Source: Nitrospirales bacterium
Lineage (GTDB): Bacteria > Nitrospirota > Nitrospiria > Nitrospirales > UBA8639
Reading direction: 5' to 3'
DNA: 64,000 nt
NCBI GenBank assembly: GCA_963555755.3
Contig: OY820905.2
Span: 3,872,001-3,936,000, forward strand
A model generated the notes under the pieces. That model saw only the letters and a program-made list of their open reading frames with translations, was not told the DNA's origin and did not search any database. This document shows, piece by piece, positions 29,974 through 40,172 of this stretch. The number at the start of each line of letters is the position of its first letter. The first letter of the stretch is position 1. The position numbers and the translations under genes are program-made.

Positions 29974-32559
29974 ATGTTTTATCCCGTCTTGACATTGGCA
30001 ATTCACCATCTTTTAAGCCGCCCCTTCCGTACCGTACTAACGGTTTTTGGGGTTGGAATCGGTGTCTCAGCAGCCATGGCGATGTTCTTGGCGAATGAGC
30101 AGGTCTTTCGATCATTCGAACAAACCGTGACCAGTGTGGTGGGAAAGACGACCATTCAAGTGACCGCCACAGAGGGTTTGCTCGATGAACAGGTCATGAT
30201 CCCGATTCGCACACATCAGGCTGTGGAGTCAGTCAGTCCTATTATCACTATCTCTACGAAGGTTCTCCTTCCTAGCCGAGAGGTGCAACCATTGCGTATT
30301 CAGGCTGTGGATCTGCTCGAATGGCTCGGCGTCGGCACGCTCAATTTTTCTTCCAACTCCTCTTCGGCGGGAACAACGGACTCTTTTTTAGAGTACCTGA
30401 TTGCTCCAGATGTGCTGTTTTTTCATCAAGAGACCGCCAAGCAATTCAACTTTGAAGTGGGAGAGTTGCTGACCCTGGCGATTGGGACCCGTCGCTACGA
30501 GGTGACATTGGGTGGTGTGTTTGCCGCGGAGCGACCAGGGCAAACCTGGGATTCATTTGCCGTGATGGACATTGCCGCGGCGCAAACGGTGTTTGATCTC
30601 GTAGGCTATGTGAATCGGCTGGATTTGGTGACGTTTCCCGATGTGTCAGTCGAAGATGTCATCCAGGATTTGCAGCAAACCTTGGGTCCCACAGTCTTTG
30701 TGGGACGGCCTGCCCAACGTAATCAACAGGTAGAGCGCATGCTTCGGTCGTTTCAACTGAATTTGACCACGTTGAGTATGGTGGGTCTGTTCGTGGGAGT
30801 GTTCCTGGTCTATAACGCAGTAGGATTTTCCGTTGTCCAATATCGTCGGGAAATCGGGATCCTGCGGGCGCTTGGCATGTTTCGTGGCCAGATCGGGCTC
30901 TTGTTTCTGGGTGAGGCCGCAGTGGTGGGTACTCTGGGTGGAGTCTGTGGAACCGTCTTGGGTGTGTTCTTCGCGAAATTCCTTGTTGTGTTAGAGAGCG
31001 AAACGGTGTCCGAACTCTATACAGCAGTGGCAGTGGGTTCCATCGAATTGACTCCGTGGTTGTTGGGTGTGGGATGTGTCTTGGGCCTGGGGCTATCAAT
31101 CTTGGGTGCGCTTGGACCTTGTTGGGAAGCCAGCCGCACCGCGCCGGCTCTGGCGCTGGCACCAGGGCAGTATGAAGATACTCGTCACAATCGCTATGGG
31201 GTCTTTACGAGTGTGGCGGCTGCGTTGTTTCTGGTGGCATTGGGACTTTCGATGTTGGCGCCTGTGAACGGCATTCCCGTGTTTGGATATGCCGCGGCGT
31301 TCTGTATTCTGCTGGCGTGCACATGTTTAGCCCCACTGTGTATCCACGCGCTTCGTGGAATCATGAACCTGCCATTCAGCACGTCTTCCGGGCTGGCGGC
31401 GCACCTTGCGGCGGATCAGATCATTCGGACACCAGGACGAAATAGTATGACCTTATCCGCCCTGATGGTCGGCATTGCGATCATGGTTGGTGTGGGTGTG
31501 ATGGTCCAAAGCTTTCGAGCCACCGTGGAAACCTGGATCGATCAAACGATGATGGCGGATCTGATTGTCACGCCGCAGTCGGGCATCACTGATTCCAGCC
31601 AGAGTGGCAGAGTTTCCCTTCTTTCTAAAGACATTCTTTCAGTTGCCGCAGGAGTGCAAGGCGTTGCAGCAGTGGACCCGTATCGACAAGTCCGTATTCA
31701 AGTGGGTTCGACCACCGTGAGTCTCGTAGCCCGCGATTTTCAGATTCATGCCGATCGAAGCCAGTATCTGTTTGTCCATGGCGATTCTGATTCGCTTCTG
31801 CAACTAGCGCTGACGAAGAACGGGGTGATCGTGTCCGAGGTGTTGGCAAGACGATTGGAGGTAGAGGTCGACGAGACCTTGATGTTGCCCACACGTCAAG
31901 GCCTCCGAGGCTTTCCGGTCGTCGGCGTCTTTTACGACTATGCCACTGATGGAGGGAAAGTGGTGTTGGATCGAGGGTTATATGAAGAGTTTTGGGGTGA
32001 TGCGTCGGCATCGGTGCTGGCCATCTACCGAGACCCGCAAACTACCTCTAAAATACTTCGAGATCGGCTGCAGGCAGCCCTTACTCCTCTCATGCCGATC
32101 ACCATCATTAGCAATCAGGAATTACGAGCTGAGATTCTCGAAATTTTTGATCGAACCTTCCGGGTCACGCATGGCTTGGAACTAATTGCGGTGCTCGTTG
32201 GGCTATTGGGCATCGTCAATACCCTACTCACCGCAATCATCGAACGCCAACGAGAGTTCGCCACCTATCGCGCCATTGGAGCCGGGGTGCGGCAAATTCA
32301 AGCCATGGTGTTGTGGGAATCACTAATTCTCGGCGCCATCGGCGCAATCCTAGGCTTACTGGCCGGCCTGCTCCTAGCCGCCCTGCTCATCTTCGTCATC
32401 AACAAACAATCCTTCGGATGGACCATCCAATTCGTAGTTTCCTGGGGTACCTTAGTCGGCGCAGTAACGGTCGCCGGCATAGCCGCAATCGTAGCCGGTT
32501 ACCTCCCAGCCCGTTGGGTCACCAAAGGCGTCATCGCCGAGGGGTTACGGTATGAGTGA
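29974..32559 (+). CDS. ABC transporter permease (double FtsX/MacB-type)
   Basis: Two permease repeats (RREIGILRALG, RQREFATYRAIG); multiple TM segments. Confidence 0.9.
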   Translation: MFYPVLTLAIHHLLSRPFRTVLTVFGVGIGVSAAMAMFLANEQVFRSFEQTVTSVVGKTTIQVTATEGLLDEQVMIPIRTHQAVESVSPIITISTKVLLPSREVQPLRIQAVDLLEWLGVGTLNFSSNSSSAGTTDSFLEYLIAPDVLFFHQETAKQFNFEVGELLTLAIGTRRYEVTLGGVFAAERPGQTWDSFAVMDIAAAQTVFDLVGYVNRLDLVTFPDVSVEDVIQDLQQTLGPTVFVGRPAQRNQQVERMLRSFQLNLTTLSMVGLFVGVFLVYNAVGFSVVQYRREIGILRALGMFRGQIGLLFLGEAAVVGTLGGVCGTVLGVFFAKFLVVLESETVSELYTAVAVGSIELTPWLLGVGCVLGLGLSILGALGPCWEASRTAPALALAPGQYEDTRHNRYGVFTSVAAALFLVALGLSMLAPVNGIPVFGYAAAFCILLACTCLAPLCIHALRGIMNLPFSTSSGLAAHLAADQIIRTPGRNSMTLSALMVGIAIMVGVGVMVQSFRATVETWIDQTMMADLIVTPQSGITDSSQSGRVSLLSKDILSVAAGVQGVAAVDPYRQVRIQVGSTTVSLVARDFQIHADRSQYLFVHGDSDSLLQLALTKNGVIVSEVLARRLEVEVDETLMLPTRQGLRGFPVVGVFYDYATDGGKVVLDRGLYEEFWGDASASVLAIYRDPQTTSKILRDRLQAALTPLMPITIISNQELRAEILEIFDRTFRVTHGLELIAVLVGLLGIVNTLLTAIIERQREFATYRAIGAGVRQIQAMVLWESLILGAIGAILGLLAGLLLAALLIFVINKQSFGWTIQFVVSWGTLVGAVTVAGIAAIVAGYLPARWVTKGVIAEGLRYE

Positions 32560-32651
32560 TGGATAAAGAAATCTTGGTTTATTTGCCTTGTCCAATGTGC
32601 TAGCATCATGCCAGCATAAAACAATGAATCATTTAGCTAAGGAGCATAGCC

Positions 32652-32876
32652 ATGAGCACCCTCACCATTAGAAAAATTCCAGAAGCCATTCTCGATCGGC
32701 TCAAAGCAGTTGCCAGTCGGAAGGATCATTCCATGGAACAAGAAGTACGTGAATTGCTTAAAAAAAAGTATGCCACTACTCCCGAGATAGCCTCACGGAT
32801 TCAGAAGCGGTGGAAAGAATTACCCAAGACCACCCCTGCGAAAATAAAAACATGGCGCCAAGTCGGTCGTCCCTAA
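32652..32876 (+). CDS. FitA-like ribbon-helix-helix antitoxin
   Basis: MSTLTIRKIP...HSMEQEVRELL; tgctagca/tgccagca boxes upstream (~32598-32616). Confidence 0.82.
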   Translation: MSTLTIRKIPEAILDRLKAVASRKDHSMEQEVRELLKKKYATTPEIASRIQKRWKELPKTTPAKIKTWRQVGRP

Positions 32877-32889
32877 AGAGGTCTACCTG

Positions 32890-33303
32890 GTGGTTGTAGA
32901 TACCATGGTCTTTGCCTACGCGCTCCTTGGAGTCTCACGTTTTCGTGACGAATCCCTCTCGGTATTAACCAATGTTGAAGATATCCTGGTTCCCGATAGC
33001 TTCCGAGCCGAACTCGTGAATGTGGTATGGCAATGGACGCGCGAAAACCAATTGACCCTTGAGGTTGGCATGAATGTGCTGGCAGATGCGGATGCCCTAA
33101 TCACCCATGCGGCTCCTGCGGACGAGTTGTGGGAACGTGCGCTTGAGTTGTCTGTGGCCGCGAATCATCCAGCCTATGACACCCTGTTCGTAGCACTAGC
33201 CGAGAGAGAAGGGACCGGCCTCATTACCTACGACACAAAATTGCGCAAAAAGTTTCAGGATCAGACTATCTCGCCCTCGGACTTTCTTGCCAATCTGTCT
33301 TGA
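32890..33303 (+). CDS. vapC: PIN-domain (VapC/FitB) toxin
   Basis: VVDT, E, YDTLFVALA, LITYD acidic PIN residues. Confidence 0.88.
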   Translation: MVVDTMVFAYALLGVSRFRDESLSVLTNVEDILVPDSFRAELVNVVWQWTRENQLTLEVGMNVLADADALITHAAPADELWERALELSVAANHPAYDTLFVALAEREGTGLITYDTKLRKKFQDQTISPSDFLANLS

Positions 33304-33346
33304 TAGAAATTGTTCAAAATCCATATGAAATAACGTCATTTCTCCG

Positions 33347-33460
33347 AGCACCCTCATTGGAGCAGTCACCGTAGCAGGCGTCGCCGCAATCGCCGCCGCC
33401 TACCTCCCAGCCCGCTGGGTCACCAAAGGCGTCATCGCCGAGGGTTTGCGGTATGAATGA
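33347..33460 (+). pseudogene. Duplicated 3' end of the ABC permease (direct repeat of 32446-32559)
   Basis: Encodes STLIGAVTVAGVAAIAAAYLPARWVTKGVIAEGLRYE* versus GTLVGAVTVAGIAAIVAGYLPARWVTKGVIAEGLRYE*. Confidence 0.9.
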
Positions 33461-33576
33461 TAGGCAGGTGACGAGTTTATTTGCACCTAGCATTTGTTTA
33501 TACTCTTCCTCATGAAGTTAGTTGCCATTTATTAAAATCACATCAGCTGGATTCAATTTCATTTCTATCTGACATC

Positions 33577-36378
33577 ATGACCACACCGGAAGACCAAGCC
33601 CGCGAAACTATTGACAAACTCTTGGAACAAGCAGGGTGGAGCGTTCAGGATGCCAAGCAAGTCAACTTGAGTGAAGCGCAGGGAGTAGCGATTAGAAACT
33701 TCTCTTTGGAGCACGGGCATGGCTTTGCGGATTACCTCCTTTATGTAAATGGGAAAGCTGCAGGAGTCGTCGAAGCCAAAAAAGAGGGCCATACGCTCAC
33801 AGGCGTAGAAATTCAGAGCGGGAAGTATAGAGACGGCTTGCCAGTGCACTTGCCAGCGCATACCCGCCCCTTGCCATTTCTCTATCAAAGCACTGGGATC
33901 GAAACCCGCTTTACCAACGAACTTGATCCGGAACCGCGAAGCCGTCTCACCTTTGCCTTTCATAAACCAAAAACCCTGGCGGACTGGCTAGCCGAAGCAA
34001 ACATTCCACAAGCCGAACCAAAACCAACCCAACTGGCCGCAGAGCACCGCGAGACTTATAAAACCTACTCCACCGTTCGAAAACGCCTCCAGCAATTACC
34101 AACGCTTATTGAAGAAGGCCTCTGGCCCGCGCAAAAGATTGCCATCAAAAATCTGGAACAGTCGCTGGCCCAAGACCGCCCCCGTGCCCTCATTCAAATG
34201 GCCACCGGCAGCGGCAAGACTTTCACTGCCATTACCGCCATCTATCGCCTCATCAAATTCGCCGGAGCCCGGCGCGTCTTATTCTTGGTGGATCGGGGCA
34301 ACCTGGGCGACCAAACCCTCAAAGAATTCCAGCAGTATGTCTCGCCGTATAACAACTTTAAATTCACCGAAGAATTCATCGTCCAGCGACTCAGCAGCAA
34401 CACGCTCGACACCACCGCACGGGTGTGCATCAGCACCATCCAACGCATGTACTCCATGCTCAAGGGCAAAGAACTCTCGGATGAAGACGACGAAGCGTCC
34501 ATTGGTGGCCTGGAAAATCTTTTCAAACAACCGGAACCTCTTGAATACAACCCGGCCATCCCCATCGAAACCTTCGACGTCATCATCACCGACGAATGTC
34601 ACCGCTCCATCTATAATCTCTGGGCACAAGTGCTCGAATACTTCGATGCCTACCTCATCGGCCTCACTGCCACACCCAGCAAGCAAACCTTTGGCTTCTT
34701 CCACCAAAACCTGGTCATGGAATATCCCCACGAGCAGGCCGTGGCCGATGGCGTCAACGTCAACTACGACGTGTATCGCATCCGCACCGCCATCTCCCAA
34801 GCCGGCTCAAAAGTGGACGCAGGACTCTTTGTGGAAAAGCGCGAACGAGAAACCCGAAAAACACGGTGGGAACAACTCGAAGACGACTTCGCCTACGACC
34901 CCAACCAACTCGATCGCGACGTCGTCGCCCCGGACCAAATCCGCACCATCGTCAAAACCTTCCGGGACAAACTGTTCACCGAGATCTTCCCAGGCCGCAC
35001 CGAAGTACCCAAAACACTCATTTTCGCCAAAGACGATGCCCACGCCGAAAACATCGTCGAAATCCTGCGAGAAGAATTCGCCAAGGGCAACGACTTCGCC
35101 CAAAAGATCACCTATCGCACCACCGGGGCCAATCCCAAGGACCTCATCAAGTCGTTCCGAAACAGCTATCACCCGCGCATCGCCGTTACCGTGGATATGA
35201 TCGCTACCGGCACCGACATCAAACCCGTGGAAATCGTCGTCTTCATGCGGGCCGTCAAATCCCGCTCGTTCTTTGAACAAATGAAAGGGCGCGGCGTGCG
35301 CGTCATCAAGGCAGACGACCTAAAAGCCGTCACCCCGGATGCCACCACCAAAGATCACTTCGTCATCGTGGATGCGGTGGGCGTCTGTGAGCAGGATAAA
35401 ACCGACGCCCGCCCCATGGAGAAAAAACCCAGCGTCTCCTTTGAAAAACTGCTGCAAGCGGTCTCTCTGGGCAACACCGAAGAAGACGTCCTCACCACCA
35501 TCGCAGGACGCCTAGCCCGCATGGAACACCGCCTCACCAAAGAAGACGAACAAACCATTGTGAAGGCCAGTGGAGGGTTAAACCTCAAAGACCTCAGCCA
35601 CCGCCTCTTGGAAGCCGTCGATCCCGATAAACTCGACACTACTTCCCTAGACGAAAAAGGTGCCGATGCCCTACGAGCCAAACTCATCCAAGACGCCGTC
35701 AAACCCTTTCACGATCCCAAACTACGGGAACTCCTCGTCGACATCAAAAAGAAAAACGAAATCACCATCGACCACGTCAGCCAAGATCAAATCATCGAAG
35801 CAGGGTTCAGTGCCGAAGCCCTTGACCGAGCCAAAGGCATCGTCCACTCCTTCGAACAATTCATACAAGACCACAAAGACGAAATCACCGCCCTTCAGGT
35901 GCTGTACAGTAAACCCTACAAGGCAAGACTCACCTTCGAGCACATCAAGGAACTCGCCGCAGCCATCGAAAGGCCACCCTATCTCTGGAACGAATCACAA
36001 CTCTGGCAAGCCTATGCTGCGCTGGAGGAGTCGAAGGTCAAAGGGACCAGTGCCAAGCGTATTCTCACGGATTTGGTTTCCTTGGTTCGGTTCGCCATCC
36101 ATCAGGACAATGAACTGATTCCCTTCCCCGAGAAAGTCCAGGTCAACTTCAAGGCATGGATGACCCAGCAAGAAGCATCAGGAAAAACATTCACCGAGGA
36201 GCAGGGACATTGGCTAGAAATGATCCGCGACCACATCGCTGCCAATCTGAGCATCGACACAGAAGATTTTGACTATGCACCGTTCGCTCAGGAAGGTGGA
36301 TTAGGGAAAGTGCATCAAGTATTTGGAGAAAAGCTGAATGGGATCATTGAAAAATTGAATGGGGCATTAGCGGCATGA
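33577..36378 (+). CDS. hsdR: Type I restriction enzyme R subunit
   Basis: ADYLLY..VVEAKK nuclease motif; MATGSGKT, DECHR, GLTATP, QMKGRG helicase motifs. Confidence 0.93.
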   Translation: MTTPEDQARETIDKLLEQAGWSVQDAKQVNLSEAQGVAIRNFSLEHGHGFADYLLYVNGKAAGVVEAKKEGHTLTGVEIQSGKYRDGLPVHLPAHTRPLPFLYQSTGIETRFTNELDPEPRSRLTFAFHKPKTLADWLAEANIPQAEPKPTQLAAEHRETYKTYSTVRKRLQQLPTLIEEGLWPAQKIAIKNLEQSLAQDRPRALIQMATGSGKTFTAITAIYRLIKFAGARRVLFLVDRGNLGDQTLKEFQQYVSPYNNFKFTEEFIVQRLSSNTLDTTARVCISTIQRMYSMLKGKELSDEDDEASIGGLENLFKQPEPLEYNPAIPIETFDVIITDECHRSIYNLWAQVLEYFDAYLIGLTATPSKQTFGFFHQNLVMEYPHEQAVADGVNVNYDVYRIRTAISQAGSKVDAGLFVEKRERETRKTRWEQLEDDFAYDPNQLDRDVVAPDQIRTIVKTFRDKLFTEIFPGRTEVPKTLIFAKDDAHAENIVEILREEFAKGNDFAQKITYRTTGANPKDLIKSFRNSYHPRIAVTVDMIATGTDIKPVEIVVFMRAVKSRSFFEQMKGRGVRVIKADDLKAVTPDATTKDHFVIVDAVGVCEQDKTDARPMEKKPSVSFEKLLQAVSLGNTEEDVLTTIAGRLARMEHRLTKEDEQTIVKASGGLNLKDLSHRLLEAVDPDKLDTTSLDEKGADALRAKLIQDAVKPFHDPKLRELLVDIKKKNEITIDHVSQDQIIEAGFSAEALDRAKGIVHSFEQFIQDHKDEITALQVLYSKPYKARLTFEHIKELAAAIERPPYLWNESQLWQAYAALEESKVKGTSAKRILTDLVSLVRFAIHQDNELIPFPEKVQVNFKAWMTQQEASGKTFTEEQGHWLEMIRDHIAANLSIDTEDFDYAPFAQEGGLGKVHQVFGEKLNGIIEKLNGALAA

Positions 36379-37844
36379 GCATAACCAAGGCACAGGTAAG
36401 CGCTGATCTGAGCTTAAGGTTTGAGACACAAAAAATCGAGGATGTTGCGGACGTCAATCCACGCATAGACAAGTCGGCGATTCCAGAGGATCTGCTAGTT
36501 TCGTTTGTTCCCATGCCCGCCGTTGGCCCAGGCGATGGGACTATTAATGTTCAAGAGACACGGCCGGCCGGAGAAGTGAAGAAAGGCTTTACTTCTTTCC
36601 TAGAAAGGGACGTGCTGTTTGCCAAGATTACGCCCTGCATGGAAAACGGAAAGATGGCTGTTGTACCGAGACTCATAAACGATTACGGCTTTGGTTCAAC
36701 TGAATTCCATGTCCTTCGCCCACAACCAGGAATGGATGCCAAGTATCTTTATTATTACGTGTCTAGTAGGAACTTTCGCTCGGAAGCCGAACGGTATATG
36801 ACCGGAGCAGTTGGGCAAAGGAGGGTCCCAACAACTTATCTTAAGGAATCCAAGATTCCAGTAGCACCACCCGAACAACAAAAATGTATCGTTGCGGAAA
36901 TCGAAAAACAATTCTCCCGCCTCGACGAAGCCGTCGCTAACCTCAAACGGGTCAAGGCCAACCTCAAACGCTACAAAGCCGCCGTCCTCAAAGCCGCCGT
37001 CGAAGGCAAACTCACCGAAGCCTGGCGAAAAGCCCACCCCGACGTCGAACCCGCAAGTAAACTCCTCGAACGCATCCGCACCGAACGCAGAGCGAAGTGG
37101 GAAAAGACCGAAATCAACAAAATGGAAATAAAAGGCCAGGTGGCTATCAGTGATCAATGGAAGAATCGCTATAAGGCACCTTTAAAGTTAGATGAGGACG
37201 TGATTGCCAACATTCCACCAACGTGGGAGGAGGTCTCCCTTGATTCCATATCTAGCTTGATTACTGATGGCAAACACGGCGATTGTAACGACGAGACTGG
37301 GTCAGGGTATTACTTTCTTAGCGCAAAGGATGTTCATGACGGTAAGCTACACTACTCAAAAGCCAGGCAAATCAACAAAGATGAGTTCATGGAGGTTCAC
37401 TACAGAACAAACCTTGAATTAGATGACGTTTTAATTACAAATGCAGGAACAATAGGACGCGTCGCAATAGCTAAAGATAAACAAAAGCTGCCATTTACGA
37501 CTTTTCAAAAAAGTGTCGCAATAATCAAGCCCATTAAGACATTTGTGTCTTCGGGTTTTCTTGCATATCACCTCGAAGCGAATGTGAACAAAATGCAAGC
37601 GAAGTCTGCAGGTACTGCTGTGAAGAACTTGTTGCTAAGCACACTTAAGGCTACCCCCTTTTGCCTCCCCCCCCATGACGAGCAATTACAAATAGTGGAG
37701 GATGTTGAGCGCCGATTATCCATCATCGAGGAATTCGAAGCCACCGTCGAAGCCAACCTCACCCGCGCCGAGCGGCTGCGACAGTCAATCCTTAGCCGAG
37801 CATTTACCGGTCAGTTGATTGTGCAAGCTTTGGTGTCGCGATGA
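36375..37844 (+). CDS. hsdS: Type I R-M specificity subunit
   Basis: Two TRDs, each followed by PPxxEQ..IV conserved helices; ends QSILSRAFTGQL. Confidence 0.93.
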   Translation: MSITKAQVSADLSLRFETQKIEDVADVNPRIDKSAIPEDLLVSFVPMPAVGPGDGTINVQETRPAGEVKKGFTSFLERDVLFAKITPCMENGKMAVVPRLINDYGFGSTEFHVLRPQPGMDAKYLYYYVSSRNFRSEAERYMTGAVGQRRVPTTYLKESKIPVAPPEQQKCIVAEIEKQFSRLDEAVANLKRVKANLKRYKAAVLKAAVEGKLTEAWRKAHPDVEPASKLLERIRTERRAKWEKTEINKMEIKGQVAISDQWKNRYKAPLKLDEDVIANIPPTWEEVSLDSISSLITDGKHGDCNDETGSGYYFLSAKDVHDGKLHYSKARQINKDEFMEVHYRTNLELDDVLITNAGTIGRVAIAKDKQKLPFTTFQKSVAIIKPIKTFVSSGFLAYHLEANVNKMQAKSAGTAVKNLLLSTLKATPFCLPPHDEQLQIVEDVERRLSIIEEFEATVEANLTRAERLRQSILSRAFTGQLIVQALVSR

Positions 37845-38743
37845 GCACGTGGGAAGACTTATTTCGGTCATGGGCTCAAGGACCTGGAAAGACGGAAAGC
37901 GATAAATGCGAGAATGCCGAAGTGGCAGTGCGAAAAGCAATTAATGCTGACAGGGCACTTTCAAAATTGGACGTTAGCGTGTTTGCACAAGGTTCATACA
38001 AGTCCAGAACGAACGTGAAACAAGATAGCGACGTGGATATTTGTATTCGTTATAACGAAGCGTTTTTCCCAGAATATCCCGATGGGAGATCTAGTGATGA
38101 CTTTGGGAACGTTGATTCTGGCTTAAAGTTTTTCGATTTCAAAGAAATCGTTGAAAAGGCCCTTAAATCCTATTTTGGGTCATCGGCAGTTAGGCGGGGC
38201 AATAAGGCATTTGACATCCATGCCAACACATATCGTATCGATGCAGATGTTGTCCCGACCTACGAGTATAGGTGTTACACAGGTGGATTGGATAGGGATG
38301 GGAACCACGATTATCTTTCAGGTGTGGCGTTTCTTACTGATGAAGGCAAGAAGATTATCAACTGGCCTCAACAGACCTTCGATAATGGAGTGGAACGGAA
38401 TACTGAAACAGGGAGGCGGTACAAGCGCGTCATTAGAATTCTTAAGCGGCTCCGAAACGCCATGCAAGAGGACGGGATATCAGAATCTGAGAATGTGGCT
38501 TCATTTCTCATAGAATCCATTGTATGGAATGCACCAGTAGAGGACTTCCAGCATGACACATATACCGCCGATGTACAGAATGTAATCGCGGATATTTTTA
38601 ATCGAACCCTCACTGAAAAGGAGTGCTCCGAATGGGGTGAGGTGAACGAACTCAAGTATCTCTTTCGAGCATCTCAGCCTTGGACAAGAGAACAGGCCAA
38701 CCAGTTTCTTGACGCAGCCTGGCACTATATAGGATTCGAATGA
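37841..38743 (+). CDS. CBASS CD-NTase (SMODS), CdnE-like
   Basis: QGSYKSRTNVKQDSDVDI, RGNKA, DADVVP, INWP, SFLIES. Confidence 0.88.
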   Translation: MSTWEDLFRSWAQGPGKTESDKCENAEVAVRKAINADRALSKLDVSVFAQGSYKSRTNVKQDSDVDICIRYNEAFFPEYPDGRSSDDFGNVDSGLKFFDFKEIVEKALKSYFGSSAVRRGNKAFDIHANTYRIDADVVPTYEYRCYTGGLDRDGNHDYLSGVAFLTDEGKKIINWPQQTFDNGVERNTETGRRYKRVIRILKRLRNAMQEDGISESENVASFLIESIVWNAPVEDFQHDTYTADVQNVIADIFNRTLTEKECSEWGEVNELKYLFRASQPWTREQANQFLDAAWHYIGFE

Positions 38744-39396
38744 AAAACCTTCACCTGAAGCGATTTGCCCTGGTTCTGTTTGGTGTATTCGCTATTAGCT
38801 TCATATGTGTTGCACTCCAAAGTGGAAAGACTGTCCAAGATCTATGGAGTGCACTCGCTATCGCTTACAAGACAATCCCCATACTTTTGGTAGCGTTAGG
38901 AGTATTTATCAATTGGGCGTGGCGTTGGAAAATCTTCTGCGGCTGGCTGGTTCCATTTCCAGACCTTAACGGTACATGGCAAGGTACGATTCAGACTACA
39001 TGGAAAAACCCAGAGACTGGAGAAGTCCCTGGCCCCATACCTGTCATCCTTACAATTAAGCAGTCCTTCACTCGAATCAGTTGTGTCATGCGCACAGCCG
39101 AAATGACCAGTCGCAGTTATCTGGCTGATTTTTGGTTGGATGGAGATGAGCAAATACGAAAACTCGGCTACAGTTACCACAGTAAACCATTGCCCTCGGT
39201 GGCAGATCGTAGTCAGCCACACGATGGAACCATAGTGTTTGAAATAGTTGGAACTCCCGTAGAAAAGCTGAAAGGGGTTTATTGGACCGAAAGAAAGTCC
39301 AAAGGCGAAGTTACCCTTCGTTTCAGGGAAAAGCATTTGCTAGAAGAATTCCCAAAGAATCTCGGTATTCATCCCGTGGCAGGAAAGCGGCAATGA
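38740..39396 (+). CDS. CBASS Cap15-like effector (2TM + beta-barrel)
   Basis: Two N-terminal TM helices; WRW..PFPDLNGTWQG, LTIKQSF, YWTER; directly follows the CD-NTase. Confidence 0.85.
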   Translation: MKNLHLKRFALVLFGVFAISFICVALQSGKTVQDLWSALAIAYKTIPILLVALGVFINWAWRWKIFCGWLVPFPDLNGTWQGTIQTTWKNPETGEVPGPIPVILTIKQSFTRISCVMRTAEMTSRSYLADFWLDGDEQIRKLGYSYHSKPLPSVADRSQPHDGTIVFEIVGTPVEKLKGVYWTERKSKGEVTLRFREKHLLEEFPKNLGIHPVAGKRQ

Positions 39397-39512
39397 ATAA
39401 CAGTTCCTCTACAGCATCAACCCAAATCGTCCAAAAACTCTGGAACTACTGTAATGTCCTCCGCGACGACGGGATGAGCTACGACATTCAATGTAAAGAT
39501 TTCAGCCAATAA
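39393..39512 (+). pseudogene. Truncated duplicate 5' end of hsdM
   Basis: QIVQKLWNYCNVLRDDGMSY; 39423-39481 matches 41225-41283 with three synonymous differences. Confidence 0.9.
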
Positions 39513-39519
39513 TTGGACC

Positions 39520-40164
39520 ATGACCCCAATTCCTACCTCGATACTTCGTTTTACGCACGTGGATAACCTGGCCACAATCATCCAGCGAGGTGGACTTCAT
39601 GCACCAAACCTCGTGCCCGATGATGGATTGAATTATCGCTTCTGTCACAGTGCCGAAGTTCAGGGAGCCCGTGCTGAGGTACCTATTCATCTAGGACCGG
39701 GTGGGACCATTCATGACTATGTGCCGTTCTATTTCGGGTATCTGTCGCCCATGATGTTAAACCTGAGGACCGGCCGCGTGGAAGGTTATACCGAAGGACA
39801 GGAACCTCTGATCTATCTCGTCGCCTCGGCTCAAGCTATTGAAGCGGCTGGCATCAGGTTTGTGTTTTCAGATGGGCATGGCCTTGCTATTTTCACTGAA
39901 TGGTTTGATGATTTTGCCAAATTAGATGCTATTGATTGGACGTTGGTGTATGAGCGATATTGGTCGGACAATATTAATGATATGGATCGCCAGCGAAAGA
40001 AACAGGCTGAATTTCTTGTGCATCAGTTTTGTCCTTGGTCGATAATCCATGAAATTGTAGTGATCGATTCGGCCATGCAGCAGCGCGTGGAGACGATTCA
40101 GGCAGCCTTCCCTGCAGATCAAAGAAAGGTAGTCAGGATTGATCCAAATTGGTACTATTGGTGA
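39520..40164 (+). CDS. darT: DarT DNA ADP-ribosyltransferase toxin (DUF4433)
   Basis: FTHVDNL, HDYVPFYF..SPM, FSDGH, RKKQAEFLV (catalytic Glu). Confidence 0.92.
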   Translation: MTPIPTSILRFTHVDNLATIIQRGGLHAPNLVPDDGLNYRFCHSAEVQGARAEVPIHLGPGGTIHDYVPFYFGYLSPMMLNLRTGRVEGYTEGQEPLIYLVASAQAIEAAGIRFVFSDGHGLAIFTEWFDDFAKLDAIDWTLVYERYWSDNINDMDRQRKKQAEFLVHQFCPWSIIHEIVVIDSAMQQRVETIQAAFPADQRKVVRIDPNWYYW

Positions 40165-40172
40165 CCTAACTT

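Noticed and set aside
34109..35200. 363-aa alternative-frame ORF and antisense ORFs inside hsdR
   Set aside because: Low-complexity S/P/T product explained by the C-rich codon bias of hsdR.
36375..37844. Phase-variable hsdS shufflon
   Set aside because: Only one hsdS, with no silent TRD copies, inverted repeats or adjacent invertase.
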